64,000 nt of DNA from Mesotaenium endlicherianum (taxonomy: Eukaryota). Under the pieces are notes generated by a model. That model had not been told where the DNA came from and ran no database searches. It was given only the letters and a program-made list of their open reading frames with translations. The stretch is taken from the NCBI GenBank assembly GCA_009602735.1, contig WELA01003597.1:600682-664681 (forward strand), read 5' to 3'. The translations under genes and the position numbers were made by a program. Shown here piece by piece: positions 24,915 through 37,549 of this stretch (positions are counted from its first letter, which is position 1; each line of letters begins with the position of its first letter).

Positions 24915-27900
24915 GCCAGGAGCCTACCACCCCAAGACCCACTTCACGAGAAGGCAACACGCCAAGTGAGGTGGAGACCCCCGTTGAAGACGACGTTCCA
25001 GCCCCAATGAGTTTGAGAGGTTACCTTGGAGGAGAGAAGGTCCACATCTTGGTGGATAGCGGAGCTCAAGGCAACTTCATTGCTGCAGATTTTGCCACCA
25101 AGCACGGTATTACTATGCGAACTCTTGACCACGACGAGGAGATTATGATGCCCGATGGATTCTCCTATACTACCCCTTCCAAGAAGACGTACCCCTTGGC
25201 ACTCTCTATCAAGTCCTTCAAGGATAGAGTAGTGTTCTCCCCCATGCAATTGGGCAAGTACGACGTCATCCTAGGGACGCCTTGGTTGACCAAGCACAAC
25301 CCCCAAGTTGATTGGAGGACCGGTACTATCAAGATCAAGAATGACATCACTTCAAGAATCTGTATTTTGCGCGCAATCCAGAATATCCAGACCCAAGACA
25401 TCCAGAAGCCGGCACACGAGATACTATTGTCCGCCCTCCAACTCAAGAGACTTGTGAGGAAGGGACACGAGCTTCTTTTGGCCTTGATCACGCCAAAAGA
25501 CATCAAGAAAGACATCGAGAGTCAAGAAGGCAGCCCCGTTCCCAAGGAGATACAAGAAGTCTTAGAGGACTACAAAGAAGTGTTCTCCCCGGAATTGCCC
25601 AAGGGCCTACCCCCCAAAAGATTCGTAGACCACAAGATAGAGTTGGAGCCCGGAAGCAAGCCCATCTCTCGGCCTACGTTCAAAATGTCATACACGGAGC
25701 TAGACGAAGTCAAGAAGCAAATCAAGGAGCTACTGGAGCATGGCTTCATTCGACCTAGCAAGTCGCCATTTGGAGCCCCGGTGCTATTTGTCAAGAAGAA
25801 AGATGGTACCTTGAGGATGTGTGTGGACTATCGCGCCCTCAACAAGATCACCATCAAGAATCGATACCCGCTGCCGCGCATGGATGAGCTCATGGACCGG
25901 CTGGTTGGAGCCAAGTACTTCACGAAGATTGACTTACGGAGCGGCTACCACCAGATTCGCATCGCAGAACCGGACATAGAGAAGACGGCATTCAGGACAA
26001 GATATGGACATTTTGAGTTCATGGTCCTGCCATTTGGACTCACCAACGCGCCAGCAACTTTCATGACTATGATGAACACCATATTTCAGCCCATGTTGGA
26101 CAGATTTGTGGTGGTATTCATCGATGACATCCTTATCTACAGCAAGACCCTTGAAGAGCATGCGAGACACTTGAAAGAAGTCCTTGAAGTATTGAAGCAA
26201 AACAAGCTATTTGCGAAGGAGTCAAAGTGCGAGTTTGCCAAACAAGAAGTGGAGTTCCTAGGTCTCCACGTGACTGCTGATGGCATCAAGATGGACCCCA
26301 AGAAGACCACGGTGGTGGAGGAATGGCCAACCCCCACGACCAAGAAAGAACTCCAGTCATTCTTGGGATTTGCCAATTGGTACAGAAAATTCATCCAAGG
26401 CTTCTCGCACATAGCAGCCCCCCTGACAGATCTACTCAAGAAGGACAGGCTATATACATGGACCGAGAAAGAGGAAGAGGCATTTCAAGAGTTAAAGCGA
26501 AGATTGACCACATCCCCGGTGCTCACACTCCCAAGTCCAAACCCAGATTGGCCCTTCCACGTCATCACCGATGCATCTTCCTATGCAATAGGAGCAATCC
26601 TGCTTCAAGACCAAGGCAAGGGACTGCAGCCCATCGCCTACGAGTCAAGGAAGCTAAATCCAGCCGAGCAAAATTATACAACCACGGAGCGAGAGGCATT
26701 GGCGATTGTACATGCCTTGAAGGTTTGGCGCTGCTACGTTGAAGGACGCAAAGTACTGGTCACCACGGACCACGAGGCGTTAAAGCACCTCCAAACGCAG
26801 CCGTATCTCTCAAGGAGACAAGCAAGATGGAGCGGATACTTGCAACAATACAACATCACGATTCAGTACCAGCCCGGCAAGACAAACCCGGCTGACCCCC
26901 TCTCAAGACTGCAATTAAATGCAGTGATGGTATCCCTGAAGACAGATCTGGAAGCTCGATTTTCAGCCGCCTATGAAAGAGACCCTTACTACAAGAACGG
27001 AGAAGCAGCCTTGGACCCATGCAAGAAGCAAGAAGGCAATTATTGGGTGAGGCAAGATACGGGCCAGAGATGTGTTCCTAATGACATAGACCTCCGGCTC
27101 TTGCTTCTACGAGAAGCACACGACAACCCTCTTGGAGGACACTTTGGAATCCTAAGGACCACGGGCGTTCTAGCTAGGACTTATTGTTGGCCAGGCATGT
27201 CTAAGCAAGTCAAGGAGTACTGCAGGAGCTGTGACACATGCCAAAGAATCAAGCCATCATCGCAAAAGGCGGGAGGACTCCTCCAACCACTACCAATCCC
27301 CGAAAGACAATGGACGGACATCTCAATGGACCTTATCGTGGACTTGCCCGTGACACCTCGAGGCCATAATGCAATACTCACGGTGGTGGACAGACTTACC
27401 AAGATGGCTCATTTTATTCCCACGACGACTAAGGCTACAGCACCACAACTTGCAAGACTCATCTTTGACAACATCTTCCGACTCCATGGACTACCATCAA
27501 GAATTGTGTCAGATAGAGATCCAAGATTCACAAGCCATTTCTGGAAAAATCTCTTCAAGAACTTGGGTACATCGCTGGATATGTCTACTGCCTACCACCC
27601 ACAATCAGATGGGCAAACCGAGCGTATGAATCGTACCCTAAAGACCTCTCTAAAGGCCTACGTGTCTACCCTCGAGCAAGACTGGGACATGTACTTGACC
27701 CCCCTCGAGTTTGCCTACAACAACACTACGCAGGCCTCTACCCAAGAGTCCCCATTCTTCCTCAACTATGGCTTCCATCCGACCACGCCACTGAGCTTCA
27801 CGGCTGGCCATGATGAAGTACCTGCAGCCACAGATTTTATGGAGACATTAGAAGCAGCCCTTACAGCAGCGAAGAAAGCTCTACAACACGCGCAAGATGC

Positions 27901-28501
27901 TCAAGCAAGAGTGGCGAACAGATCCAGAAGAGAAATTACGTACAGAGTGGGTGACAACGTGTTACTATCATCCAAGAACATTCCCCTGAACAACAGGCCT
28001 GCCGGCAGCAAGTTTTCTCCCAAGTATTTGGGACCCTTCAAGATTATCCAGCAAGTCAACCCCGTTGCTTTCAAGCTAGAACTTCCCCAGACTATGCACA
28101 TCGACCCCGTATTCCACGCTTCCCTCTTCAAGCCATATGTGCAACCCGACAACAAGTTCCCAGGACGTGTGACAACCCCACCAGCCCCAACAATAGTGGA
28201 TGATCATTTGGAGTACGAAGTGGAAGACATAGTGGCTATGAGAAATTTCAGGAGACAGCAGCAATACTTGATCAAGTGGAAAGGATATCCAGATTCGGAG
28301 AATAGTTGGGTGGCGGCGCACTACCTTGACAAAGTTCAGAGAAAGTTGAAGCGCTTCCATGCCGCCAACCCCCATCTTGGACCAGCCCCAAGTCTCTCTA
28401 CTAGAAGCCCGAAGACTTCAGGGAGGCAGCCTGCCACCATCAAGAAGCAGCAGAAGACCCCTTGGAGGCAGCCTGCAAGAACAAGAAAGAGGAAAAATTG
28501 A
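24836..28501 (+). CDS. pol: Pol: protease-RT-RNase H-integrase-chromodomain; intact open frame, probably made as Gag-Pol by frameshift
   Basis: LVDSGA, LPFGL...FIDD, TDAS, HHCC zinc finger, DDE core, YLGPF and the chromodomain YEVEDI...YLIKWKGY...NSW. Confidence 0.97.
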   Translation: MLLLQGKGPSCTFMPQKVVKKRTAPVGQEPTTPRPTSREGNTPSEVETPVEDDVPAPMSLRGYLGGEKVHILVDSGAQGNFIAADFATKHGITMRTLDHDEEIMMPDGFSYTTPSKKTYPLALSIKSFKDRVVFSPMQLGKYDVILGTPWLTKHNPQVDWRTGTIKIKNDITSRICILRAIQNIQTQDIQKPAHEILLSALQLKRLVRKGHELLLALITPKDIKKDIESQEGSPVPKEIQEVLEDYKEVFSPELPKGLPPKRFVDHKIELEPGSKPISRPTFKMSYTELDEVKKQIKELLEHGFIRPSKSPFGAPVLFVKKKDGTLRMCVDYRALNKITIKNRYPLPRMDELMDRLVGAKYFTKIDLRSGYHQIRIAEPDIEKTAFRTRYGHFEFMVLPFGLTNAPATFMTMMNTIFQPMLDRFVVVFIDDILIYSKTLEEHARHLKEVLEVLKQNKLFAKESKCEFAKQEVEFLGLHVTADGIKMDPKKTTVVEEWPTPTTKKELQSFLGFANWYRKFIQGFSHIAAPLTDLLKKDRLYTWTEKEEEAFQELKRRLTTSPVLTLPSPNPDWPFHVITDASSYAIGAILLQDQGKGLQPIAYESRKLNPAEQNYTTTEREALAIVHALKVWRCYVEGRKVLVTTDHEALKHLQTQPYLSRRQARWSGYLQQYNITIQYQPGKTNPADPLSRLQLNAVMVSLKTDLEARFSAAYERDPYYKNGEAALDPCKKQEGNYWVRQDTGQRCVPNDIDLRLLLLREAHDNPLGGHFGILRTTGVLARTYCWPGMSKQVKEYCRSCDTCQRIKPSSQKAGGLLQPLPIPERQWTDISMDLIVDLPVTPRGHNAILTVVDRLTKMAHFIPTTTKATAPQLARLIFDNIFRLHGLPSRIVSDRDPRFTSHFWKNLFKNLGTSLDMSTAYHPQSDGQTERMNRTLKTSLKAYVSTLEQDWDMYLTPLEFAYNNTTQASTQESPFFLNYGFHPTTPLSFTAGHDEVPAATDFMETLEAALTAAKKALQHAQDAQARVANRSRREITYRVGDNVLLSSKNIPLNNRPAGSKFSPKYLGPFKIIQQVNPVAFKLELPQTMHIDPVFHASLFKPYVQPDNKFPGRVTTPPAPTIVDDHLEYEVEDIVAMRNFRRQQQYLIKWKGYPDSENSWVAAHYLDKVQRKLKRFHAANPHLGPAPSLSTRSPKTSGRQPATIKKQQKTPWRQPARTRKRKN
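24893..24928 (+). promoter_or_regulatory. Candidate -1 ribosomal frameshift signal: A AAA AAC plus downstream hairpin
   Basis: Heptamer 24893-24899 is in the gag frame and pol is in the -1 frame; stem GGTAGGC-cagga-GCCTACC at 24910-24928. Confidence 0.75.
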
Positions 28502-29270
28502 CATTAGACACTCTTCTCTTCTCGCAGTTTCTGGACAGAAAACTAAAACTGCTACTGGTAATAGGTCTCTGCATAATAAATTCTGAAAATTTACCTGGCT
28601 GTAGTCCATGAGTAGCCGGTCATTTAGAGTCCAAGTTTGCTCAATTTGGAGCACTGGTGAGAGAGATATGATGCTCTAAGTAGAAGGGGGTCAGGCTGCT
28701 GGCATTGTTAGGACAGAATATGCCTTCTGACATTGTGCCCTCCCCTGAACTTGGAATGCTCTGAAACTCAAGACTCTGGTAGAACATCTTACAGCGCCCA
28801 GTTTGAGACTTAGTTTGCAGAATTTGGAGAAGTATAGAAGGACTTATGATTTTCAGAAGTTTCTGCACAGATTTGGAGGAGTGCCTACTCTCTCAGCTCT
28901 CAACGACAGTCCAGAAGTTAGAATGCTCTCAAATTTGGTGACCCAGTAGAGTTCTTTGACGCGGTCCGTCTGGCACCCAAACTTTTAGATTTGAAGCAGT
29001 TCTATGGCCGCTATGAATTTTTGAATTTGTGGCAGATTCTGGGCCAACTTGTACAATTTCCTTTATCATTAAGGAGTAGGCTAGCCAATAAGGTCACACC
29101 ACCTACGACCTTGCCTAGTCTACCTTACATGTGTCGCACCTGACTTGGCGCCTTTGACTAGTCCTCTTCACATGTGTGGCATCTGACTTGAAACTGTTGA
29201 CTAGTTTGCTCCACATGTGTAAGACCTGGCTTGACGCGCCGAGACGTCGCTTTTTCTATCGGGGGGGTGA

Positions 29271-29773
29271 TGTAGTGATTTGAGTTATTATATATTAGTT
29301 TGCATATATTTTAATGTTTTCAAATATATTTGGAGTAGTATTGTGTGGAGTCAAGTGTGAATAGGTACTCTAGTAACTTGGTTCATGTCCTTTGAACCTT
29401 CCAAGGCATTTTCGAAGTTAGAGGAAAGACCTAGAAGAACTCCATGTGGCAAAAGTCAAATGTGCCATTTTTAGGTCAAAAGGACATGTGTACATTATTC
29501 TAGAAAGAGGTGGCAAATTTTGGGATGTGTTGGGTGCCAACACATCAACATACACTGTCCTAGAAATTACTTATGTAACAAGTATATATACAAGAGCTAG
29601 AACATAGAAAGACATTCGAGAATCACTCTTGTACTTGCCAAAATCCAGAAATATATTAACTTTCAAGAAGCCATCTCTCTTTCAAGAAGCTACCACTTGT
29701 GTTCAAAGATCCTTGTCTTGAATAGATAAAGTATTCTGTTTTACTAAGTACTTTATCTATCTGTTTCACTACA
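29271..29773 (+). repeat. Second LTR (503 bp)
   Basis: Preceded by the PPT and followed by a second PBS instead of the TSD. Confidence 0.95.
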
Positions 29774-30345
29774 GTGGTATCGGAGCTAGGCACTTTGGTA
29801 GCACAAGAAGATGGCCGATCCTCAAGACCAACAGCAAGCTTTCGAAGGAAGCCCTTCCTCTCCAAGACACCCTCCTCCAGCGCCGATGGGAGAGCCCACT
29901 CAAGAAAATCTGCAACAACAAGAAGCACCACAAGGAGGAGCACACCCTCCTCCAGCGTCGATGGGAGAGCCTACTCAAGGAAATCTCCAACAACAAGAAG
30001 CACCACAAGGAGGAGCACCGTCAAATCCCGTGGCAGCCGCTATAGCAAAGTTGACCCCACCACAAGGAGTTCCCGCAAATGAGTGGGCAGCCTTCCTAAT
30101 GACCGTCCACAACCAAGTGGGCTTGGCCACCTATGAAGCAACCGTGCAAGCGTCAAGAGAAGCTATGGCTGCCATGGTTGCCCCTATTGCGAGCAATGCT
30201 CAAAATCCAGCCCCGGCTCAAGCGCCTCCACAAGAGCCAACGAGAGCAAGGAAACTCATCAAGCCCGGCAAACCCGACACTTTCAACCCCGGGAAAGGTG
30301 CCAACCTGAATTTCACTAAGTACTTTATCAATCTGTTTCACTACA
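29774..30345 (+). other. Duplicated PBS and 5' gag (about 170 codons) fused through TTT microhomology to the last ~35 nt of an LTR
   Basis: 29774-30313 matches 23597-24136; it is followed by ...CACTAAGTACTTTATCAATCTGTTTCACTACA and the TSD. Confidence 0.9.
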
Positions 30346-30876
30346 ACTGCTGTCTGTTATTTCCTCAGAAAGTTGCATTATGCAAGAGGTAGCAGCCAAA
30401 TACGACGTCTACCTGCCCAATAATTCTTGTCCTGTGGATTGATGTGTGCCCACTGGGTTTTTGGCCCACTCTAATTTGTCACACGTCATAAAATCGAAAA
30501 CAATTCACGTGGCTTTTTTTGATAACAATGATAGAAGTTGTACTTCCCAGTACTTCCATCTTGGATACCTGAACTCTTTAAATATAGGCTTGATTTCATT
30601 GCTTGTGAGGTAGGGAAACACATTTTCAACCACCTAAAATCGTCGACTTACAGCACCACACGTATTCACGAAAATGAGGTAAGCGCCACCTACACTTCCA
30701 ACTAATTCCAAGTAAAATGTCTCCATTGGTACCTCAGCTAGTTAATTATAGACTCTTTTGCTGCTCCCTAAATTAGTTACAATGTTAACACACTTCCTTT
30801 ACCAACTTATATCGCGAATGTATTTGTAGGCACGTCATGGCTAAAGACAATGGCCTCTTGTTGACTTGACAAGGTA

Positions 30877-31470
30877 TTGGAGGATGTTAGACGTGTGTTT
30901 TTGCAACTCACTGTCCTGCAAAATGAAGGAAAGTCATCGATAGGGCTGAAAGATGATGCCTCGGCCAATGCTATGCAAAAAACGCAAATGCAACTTTACG
31001 AGGATAGCTTGGAGAAGACTTTCCTGCAAGAAAAGATAGCGACATTAGAGGGAATCCTTGTAGCACGTTGCAAGCACGAGAGTAACTATTGTAAAGAGAA
31101 ACAACAAGAGTTGGCCAAGGAAAACATTGCCCTCAAGGTGGAGAGAAACTCACTCGTTGAATAAAATTTCACTCTTTAAGGGGCATACAAATTGCCGTAC
31201 TGATTGCAATCGGCCTTATTTCAACAGGCAAAATGTAGTTCTCAGGGAACTCAGTCATCAATTGTTATTGAAGGACTCACAGGGTGTTGAAGACAGGGAA
31301 AAGTCAACTGTGCTTCATTTGAACTCCTTGAGCTGTGCCCAAGAACCACCACAGGCACCACAAGCACCACTAGCAGGCACGCTAGAGGCAGTACATGCTA
31401 TCAAGCGCGCCCCTAAATCACCCAAAACGTATGCTGTGGACATGCCAGTTGCTTCCGCCAATGTAAGCAA
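30877..31470 (+). CDS. Coiled-coil-like exons of unknown function inside the EnSpm element; possibly the 5' part of the HIRAN gene
   Basis: LYEDSLEKTFLQEKIATLEG...KEKQQELAKENIALK|GT, followed by an AG-started segment to ~31460. Confidence 0.4.
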
Positions 31471-31722
31471 CCATACTCGCATACTCTTATATCGCACCTT
31501 TTTCTGGCTTCTTATTATTTGAGTGCATGTATCTTAAAGAAGGCCTTTGTTTGGTCTACAATACTCTGAGTTTATATGTTATGCTAGGATGTTAATTATC
31601 ATGCCCAGCCCCACTCTCCTTGTCAGTGCGCCTAGAGGAACCCCTTCCCGCCTACTCTTTATGCATTCTCCCTCTTCATTCGCACTTCTCCTTGCTGTCA
31701 GCAACTGTCAGACAAAATGGTG

Positions 31723-32443
31723 TGTAATAAATAAGTATATTAGTTGATATGATATTCATTTAAATATAATAGTTAATTAAGTTCAGCCTGCTCAACTCTA
31801 GTTAATAATCAGTCTGCCGGACTTTATATTTAATATCAGTTTAATGACTCGGCCCAAAGCAGCAGGCTGAAGTCAACTTAAGTCAGCTTGCTGACACATT
31901 CTTTGACAGCCAGCTGACTTCCGTACTTGGTAGCAGTGAACTGCCTCGATATGCATCTAAGTGTGGTATGCTAGATGAATCGCCAAATGACATCCCTATG
32001 ATGGATGGCGATTCGGGATGATGGGAGATGGCGGTGGATTTGGTTAACCGAGGTCCTACCAACGTGGTTAACTCCCGGGTAGGCGGTGCCATCGCACTGA
32101 CCGTTGAACAGTAAACTCATTCCATGTACATATGCTAGGCATTACTCTCGAGTTCGGCATTTGGAAACAAGGCCAACTCTCTTGTACAGCTTACTAAGAG
32201 CGATCTGAATCCAAGGCGAGAAGCCATTGATACGCACTGTCTTTTAACCTTGCTTATGTATGAGTTTACTGATTTGCATTATTGATGCTAGTTTACTCGC
32301 ATTTGACTTACGAGTTTTATTCACTGCTAGTGTGTTGTCCTTTGCCGTTAAACCAAGTAACGGAAAATACCATAAAGATTACTTGCTGATATAAATATCT
32401 TCATTAATTGTTAATTGCCTATTTGGTAAGTCGATTCATTTCA
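31723..32443 (+). repeat. 5' LTR (721 bp)
   Basis: Roughly 25-30 mismatches to the 3' LTR by eye. Confidence 0.95.
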
Positions 32444-32477
32444 GTGGTATCGGAGCAGTTATCACAGTCTTCTTTGT

Positions 32478-33169
32478 ATGGTAAGGACAAGGTCTCAAAC
32501 TAGCAACTCCCGAGGCATGGAGAACCAGGATAAGGAGAATGTCGAAAACCAGGCGGAAAGCCATGTAGCGGGAAACCTTACCTATTCTGAAGCAGTAGCA
32601 GATACTGCAGCTAGGGAGGCTGCAGATGAGGCAACTGCTATTGCCGTTGTCGCAGCACAGCAAGCTCAGGAGGAGAGAGCCAGGCTAGAAGCTGAACAAG
32701 TAGTAAAGGCCGCTGAAGATACAGAAAGGAGGGAAAGACAGCCAGCTGACGAGCGCACTGTCGAGGAACTCATGGCATCAAGGACCAATGTTCTGAACCC
32801 ACCTCCTGCTGTACAACTCAATGTACCCCTAGGTCAAATACGTGACCGACTGAATGCGGCAGGAATTGCTGCTGCAGGAGCAAGAGGGATTGTTGAGGAC
32901 ACTACTCAGCGAGTAGAGGTCAATACTGCTGCTGCATTTGCTAATCTACCACCCCAGACTGTAGACTTGGGAGCATTGTTCGTTCGGATGCAGTCGCAAA
33001 TGGCGACCATGTATCAGTCCCAACAAGAGGACAAAAGAATCATAATGTCCCTACAGCGGGACAGAGACCAACTGGGGTCTCAAACCACTAGTGGTGGTGG
33101 CCGAGGGCCTAGTAAGCCCAAGCCGAAACCTCCCCAGGAATATGATCCTGAGGGAAACAGAAAATATTA
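32478..33169 (+). CDS. gag: Gag N-terminal part, running into an assembly gap
   Basis: Starts MVRTRS just after the PBS; KPKPPQEYD capsid-start motif before the N run. Confidence 0.75.
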
Positions 33170-33793
33170 NNNNNNNNNNNNNNNNNNNNNNNNNNNNNNN
33201 NNNNNNNNNNNNNNNNNNNNNNNNNNNNNNNNNNNNNNNNNNNNNNNNNNNNNNNNNNNNNNNNNNNNNNNNNNNNNNNNNNNNNNNNNNNNNNNNNNNN
33301 NNNNNNNNNNNNNNNNNNNNNNNNNNNNNNNNNNNNNNNNNNNNNNNNNNNNNNNNNNNNNNNNNNNNNNNNNNNNNNNNNNNNNNNNNNNNNNNNNNNN
33401 NNNNNNNNNNNNNNNNNNNNNNNNNNNNNNNNNNNNNNNNNNNNNNNNNNNNNNNNNNNNNNNNNNNNNNNNNNNNNNNNNNNNNNNNNNNNNNNNNNNN
33501 NNNNNNNNNNNNNNNNNNNNNNNNNNNNNNNNNNNNNNNNNNNNNNNNNNNNNNNNNNNNNNNNNNNNNNNNNNNNNNNNNNNNNNNNNNNNNNNNNNNN
33601 NNNNNNNNNNNNNNNNNNNNNNNNNNNNNNNNNNNNNNNNNNNNNNNNNNNNNNNNNNNNNNNNNNNNNNNNNNNNNNNNNNNNNNNNNNNNNNNNNNNN
33701 NNNNNNNNNNNNNNNNNNNNNNNNNNNNNNNNNNNNNNNNNNNNNNNNNNNNNNNNNNNNNNNNNNNNNNNNNNNNNNNNNNNNNNNNNNNNN
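33170..33793. other. Assembly gap (N run)
   Basis: 624 N. Confidence 1.
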
Positions 33794-36700
33794 AAGACAG
33801 TCCCCCCTATCCTACTGCATTGCATGATTGCAGGTAGGAAGGTGAGGGCATTTGTTGACGGAGGGGCGTCGCATACTTTTATCCACAAGGACTTACTTAA
33901 GCGGCTAAGGCTGCCTACTGTCACCCAAGGGAATAGAAAAAATATTCCTTGGAGATGCCTCAAGTATCCCGAGAGGAGTTATAACCAAGCCTATTGAGGT
34001 CCAGTTAGGTTCTGGCATTGCAGTTCTAACTAAAACGCTTACATTTGAGGTACTCAACACTGGCTTTTATGATCTCGTGCTAGGCAGGTCCTGGCTTAAT
34101 AGACATCAAGCTGAAGTGTGTTGGAGCAGAGGTACAGTTAAAGTGAGAGGAGTTCGTCAAAAGCTGGAACCGGAAGGAAGACAGAATGTTCTGTCTGCTG
34201 CTAAGAGAGGTACCTTCTCAACCTGAAGAAGTGGTTGAGGAAAAGGTGAGCCCTCCGGAGCACCCTACTACTGCAAAAATTGTTGCTCAGTACACGGATG
34301 TATTTAATATGCCTCCAGGACTACCCCCTAAGAGGGAAGTAGATCATGATTGATTTATTACCTGGTAGTCAACCACCCTGGCAACGCACGTATGGCTTGT
34401 CTTATGTGGAGAGCGAAGAGTTGAAAACACAGATTGCAGAGCTTGAGGAAAATGGTTATATTTCTCCCAGTAAATCACCGTACGGCGCACCCATCCTATT
34501 TGTTAAGAAAAAGGATGGCAGTATGCGGATGTGTGTGGATTACAGAGTCCTGAATAGAATTACAGTAAAGAACAAGTATGCTTTACCGAAAATTGAGGAC
34601 TTGCTTGATACCCTGTCTGGTGCTAAGGTGTTCACTAAGATAGATCTCAAGAGTGGTTATCATCAAATCAGAATTGCTGAGGGGGATGAACACAAGACTG
34701 CTTTCCGCACACGTTATGGACACTATGAGTTCAACGTGATGCCCTTTGGACTGACTAATGCTCTCGCTACCTTCATGGGTGCTATGAGTGACATTTTCAG
34801 ACCATATTTGGATAAGTTTGTGCAAGTTTTCCTGGATGATAGTTTAATTTTCTCTAAAGATGAAGCTCAGCACACTGAACACTCAAAAATAGTCCTGGAC
34901 AATTTGCGGAAAAATCACTTATATGCTAAAATGAGCAAGTGTGATTTCTTTAAGGAAAGTATTGAATTCTTAGGCCACGTTGTCAGTAAAGAGGGCATCA
35001 GTGTGGATCCTAAGAAAGTCCAGACCATAAGGGACTTGCCAGTACCACAGTCTGTCTCTGAAGTTAGATCCTTCCTCGGGTTGGCTAACTACTTTAGGAA
35101 ATTTATTGAGAATTATTCCACAAAGGCCAGTAAACTGACTGACCTTACTAAGAAAGACATCGGGTACGTGTGGGGGGAAGAGCAGCGGGCTGCCTTCCAG
35201 ACTCTTAAAGATGCCCTTTGTTCTGCCCCAGTGCTAGCCGTGTATGACCCCAGCAAACCGGTGCAGGTGGTTACTGATGCCTCTGATTTTGCCATGGGTG
35301 CTATTTTGTTGCAGCCTGCTGACAAAACCACAAAGGATGGTAAGGTACGGCAGGAGTGGCATCCTGTGTTGCATGAGTATGAAATTTTATCCAGCGGAGA
35401 TTAATTACTCAGTGCATGATAAAGAGCTGCTAGCTATCATTCATGTACTCAAACAGTGGAGAGCATACTTACATGGTAAAGCTTTTAAGGTGATTACAGA
35501 TCATCTAGCTCTGACCCACTTTCAGAAGAAGTCCAAGCTGTCGAGGAGGGAGAACCGCTGGAGCCAGATGCTGGAGCAGTTCCAAGTCCAGATCGACTAC
35601 AAACCAGGGAAGTTGAATCTTGCTGATGCACTCTCTAGAAGACCTGACTTGCAAGAAAGGATCTTTAGTCAGCATGCTGTAGATAAAGTCTTGTGTGCAC
35701 TCACTTCACTAAAGGTGAAAAAGTCCTTCCTTGACCAACTTAGGAAAGCCTACCTTTCTAAACCCTAAACCCTAAACCCTAAACATTTGAGCCCAGCCCC
35801 ACTACTGGAGTGTGTCGTGCTACTGCACTCGGGTATAAGCTCAAGGGAGGGGTCTGGGTGAATGAAACCACTTCAGGCAGGTTGAAGCTGGTCATTCCTA
35901 ACGACTTGGAAATAAGGTCTCTCTTACTGAGTCAAGCTCATGACAGTCTCCTGGGTGGACATTTGGGGCAGGCCAAAACTGTTGGCAAACTGGCAAAACA
36001 TTATCATTGGGAGGGGTTACCCCGGGAGGTCTTGAAATATGTCAAGTCCTGTGACCAGTGTTAGAGAAATAAGTCTCGGCACACACCACCCGGAGGTCTT
36101 TTGCAACCGCTACNTTTGCAGCCGCTGCCCATCCCAGCTGGACGCTGGGAAACTATCTCCATGGACTGGGTGGTCTCACTACCAAGAACTGCCAATGGGC
36201 ATGATTCAGTACTGGTAGTCGTGGATAAACTGACAAAAATGGTCAATTTTATCCCCACAACTGTCAAAGTGACTGCAATCGAAACAGCGAGACAGTTCTA
36301 CAACCATGTAGTATGCCAACATGGGCTCCCTTCTAATATCATCTCAGACAGAGACTCAAAATTCACCTCTAAGTTCTGGAGAGCTTTAATGGGGTTAATG
36401 GGAGTCAAACAGCTGCTCAGCACAGCAAACCACCCTCAGACTGATGGGCAGACTGAAAGAACTAACCGAGTTCTGCAGGAGGTGCTGAGAGCATATATTA
36501 ACCAAAAACGAGATAATTGGGATGACCTGTTGCCTCAAATTCAGTTTGCGGTCAACAGTGCGGTGCACGCGTCAACGGGCAAGACTCCTTTTGAACTCAG
36601 CCTGGGTAGAGTCCCTAAGTCTCGTTTAGATGTACTGGGGGAGTCTTTAACTTGCCCTGAAGGGATTGACAACCGGGTCTCCCTCCAGTTAACTCAGGAG

Positions 36701-37257
36701 TTTGCTGCACCCTGTCAGAAGTCCAACAAAACCTGCACAACGCCCAAGAAAACCAACAAAAATACGCTAATCAACACCGTCGGGAACTGACATTTTCCAA
36801 GGGCGATTTAGTCAAACTGCATTCTCAGCACCTGTACCTCCCTGGTGTGGTCAAGAAAAAGCTTGGCCCTGTCTGGGTCGGTCCATATTTGGTGGTACGT
36901 CGTGTCGGTCAGAATGCTTACAAACTGAACATGTCAGCTGACTACAAGGGTCACCGGTCTTTAATGTCTCCTTCCTGGAACTATACATCAAAGGTGATAC
37001 ACTGTTCACAGGTCGGTTACTTGTCCAACCGGGATCGGTCCCCGCTGTCCGGGACGGCGACCCTGAGGAATATTGAGGTCGATGAGATTTTAGACGCTCG
37101 CTCGGTCCGTCGATCGTCTAAATATGTCATGAAGTACCTCATCCGATGGAAGGATCACGATGCCTCTGGGGACACTTGGGAATTTAAAGACCAGCTGACC
37201 AATGCCAAAGGGGCGTTGAAACGGTTCCACCTTCGGGCGGCTGGGGCACCGCCCTAA
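33794..37257 (+). pseudogene. pol: pol (protease, RT, RNase H, integrase, chromodomain) with frameshifts and stops
   Basis: FVDGGASH, MPFGL...FLDD, TDAS, HDSLLGGH...CDQC, ISDRDSKF, WVGPY and IEVDEIL...YLIRWK...DTWE. Confidence 0.93.
35758..35784 (+). repeat. Interstitial plant-type telomeric repeat, about 4 units of CCCTAAA
   Basis: CTAAACCCTAAACCCTAAACCCTAAAC inside pol. Confidence 0.92.
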
Positions 37258-37549
37258 CTGTCCCTTCAGTAGCCATGGGAAGGTGATAGGAGGTCTTGCC
37301 TCCACATAGTTGGAGGGGGTTGTGACAGTTAGTGACAGTTGTGACAGGCAGCCCACCTTTAAATTTAAGTTGGAGGGAGTGGTATTCTCTGATCACCATA
37401 TTACACACTCAACCTGCGCTCACACTAACTTGCTCTCTAACTCAATTTTCCCTTATATTCACTCACACCATGTATTCCACACTAGGAATTCTCCCGATCG
37501 CGTTCCTCTTCATCAAGAGCACTCAATAGCGGCAAAATGATTGAGCAGG

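Larger units (their letters stand above)
23094..30345 (+). mobile_element. Ty3/gypsy chromovirus with intact gag-pol and an extra PBS-gag-LTR-tail segment at the 3' end; TSD ACTGC
   Basis: LTRs 23094-23596 and 29271-29773 (503 bp, TGTAGTGA...TCACTACA); PBS 23598-23609; PPT 29261-29267; ACTGC at 23089-23093 and 30346-30350. Confidence 0.97.

Noticed and set aside
25165..28375. Antisense ORFs over pol
   Set aside because: Short shadow ORFs of a long coding frame.
33091..33963. Long ORFs spanning X runs
   Set aside because: Artefact of the N gap.
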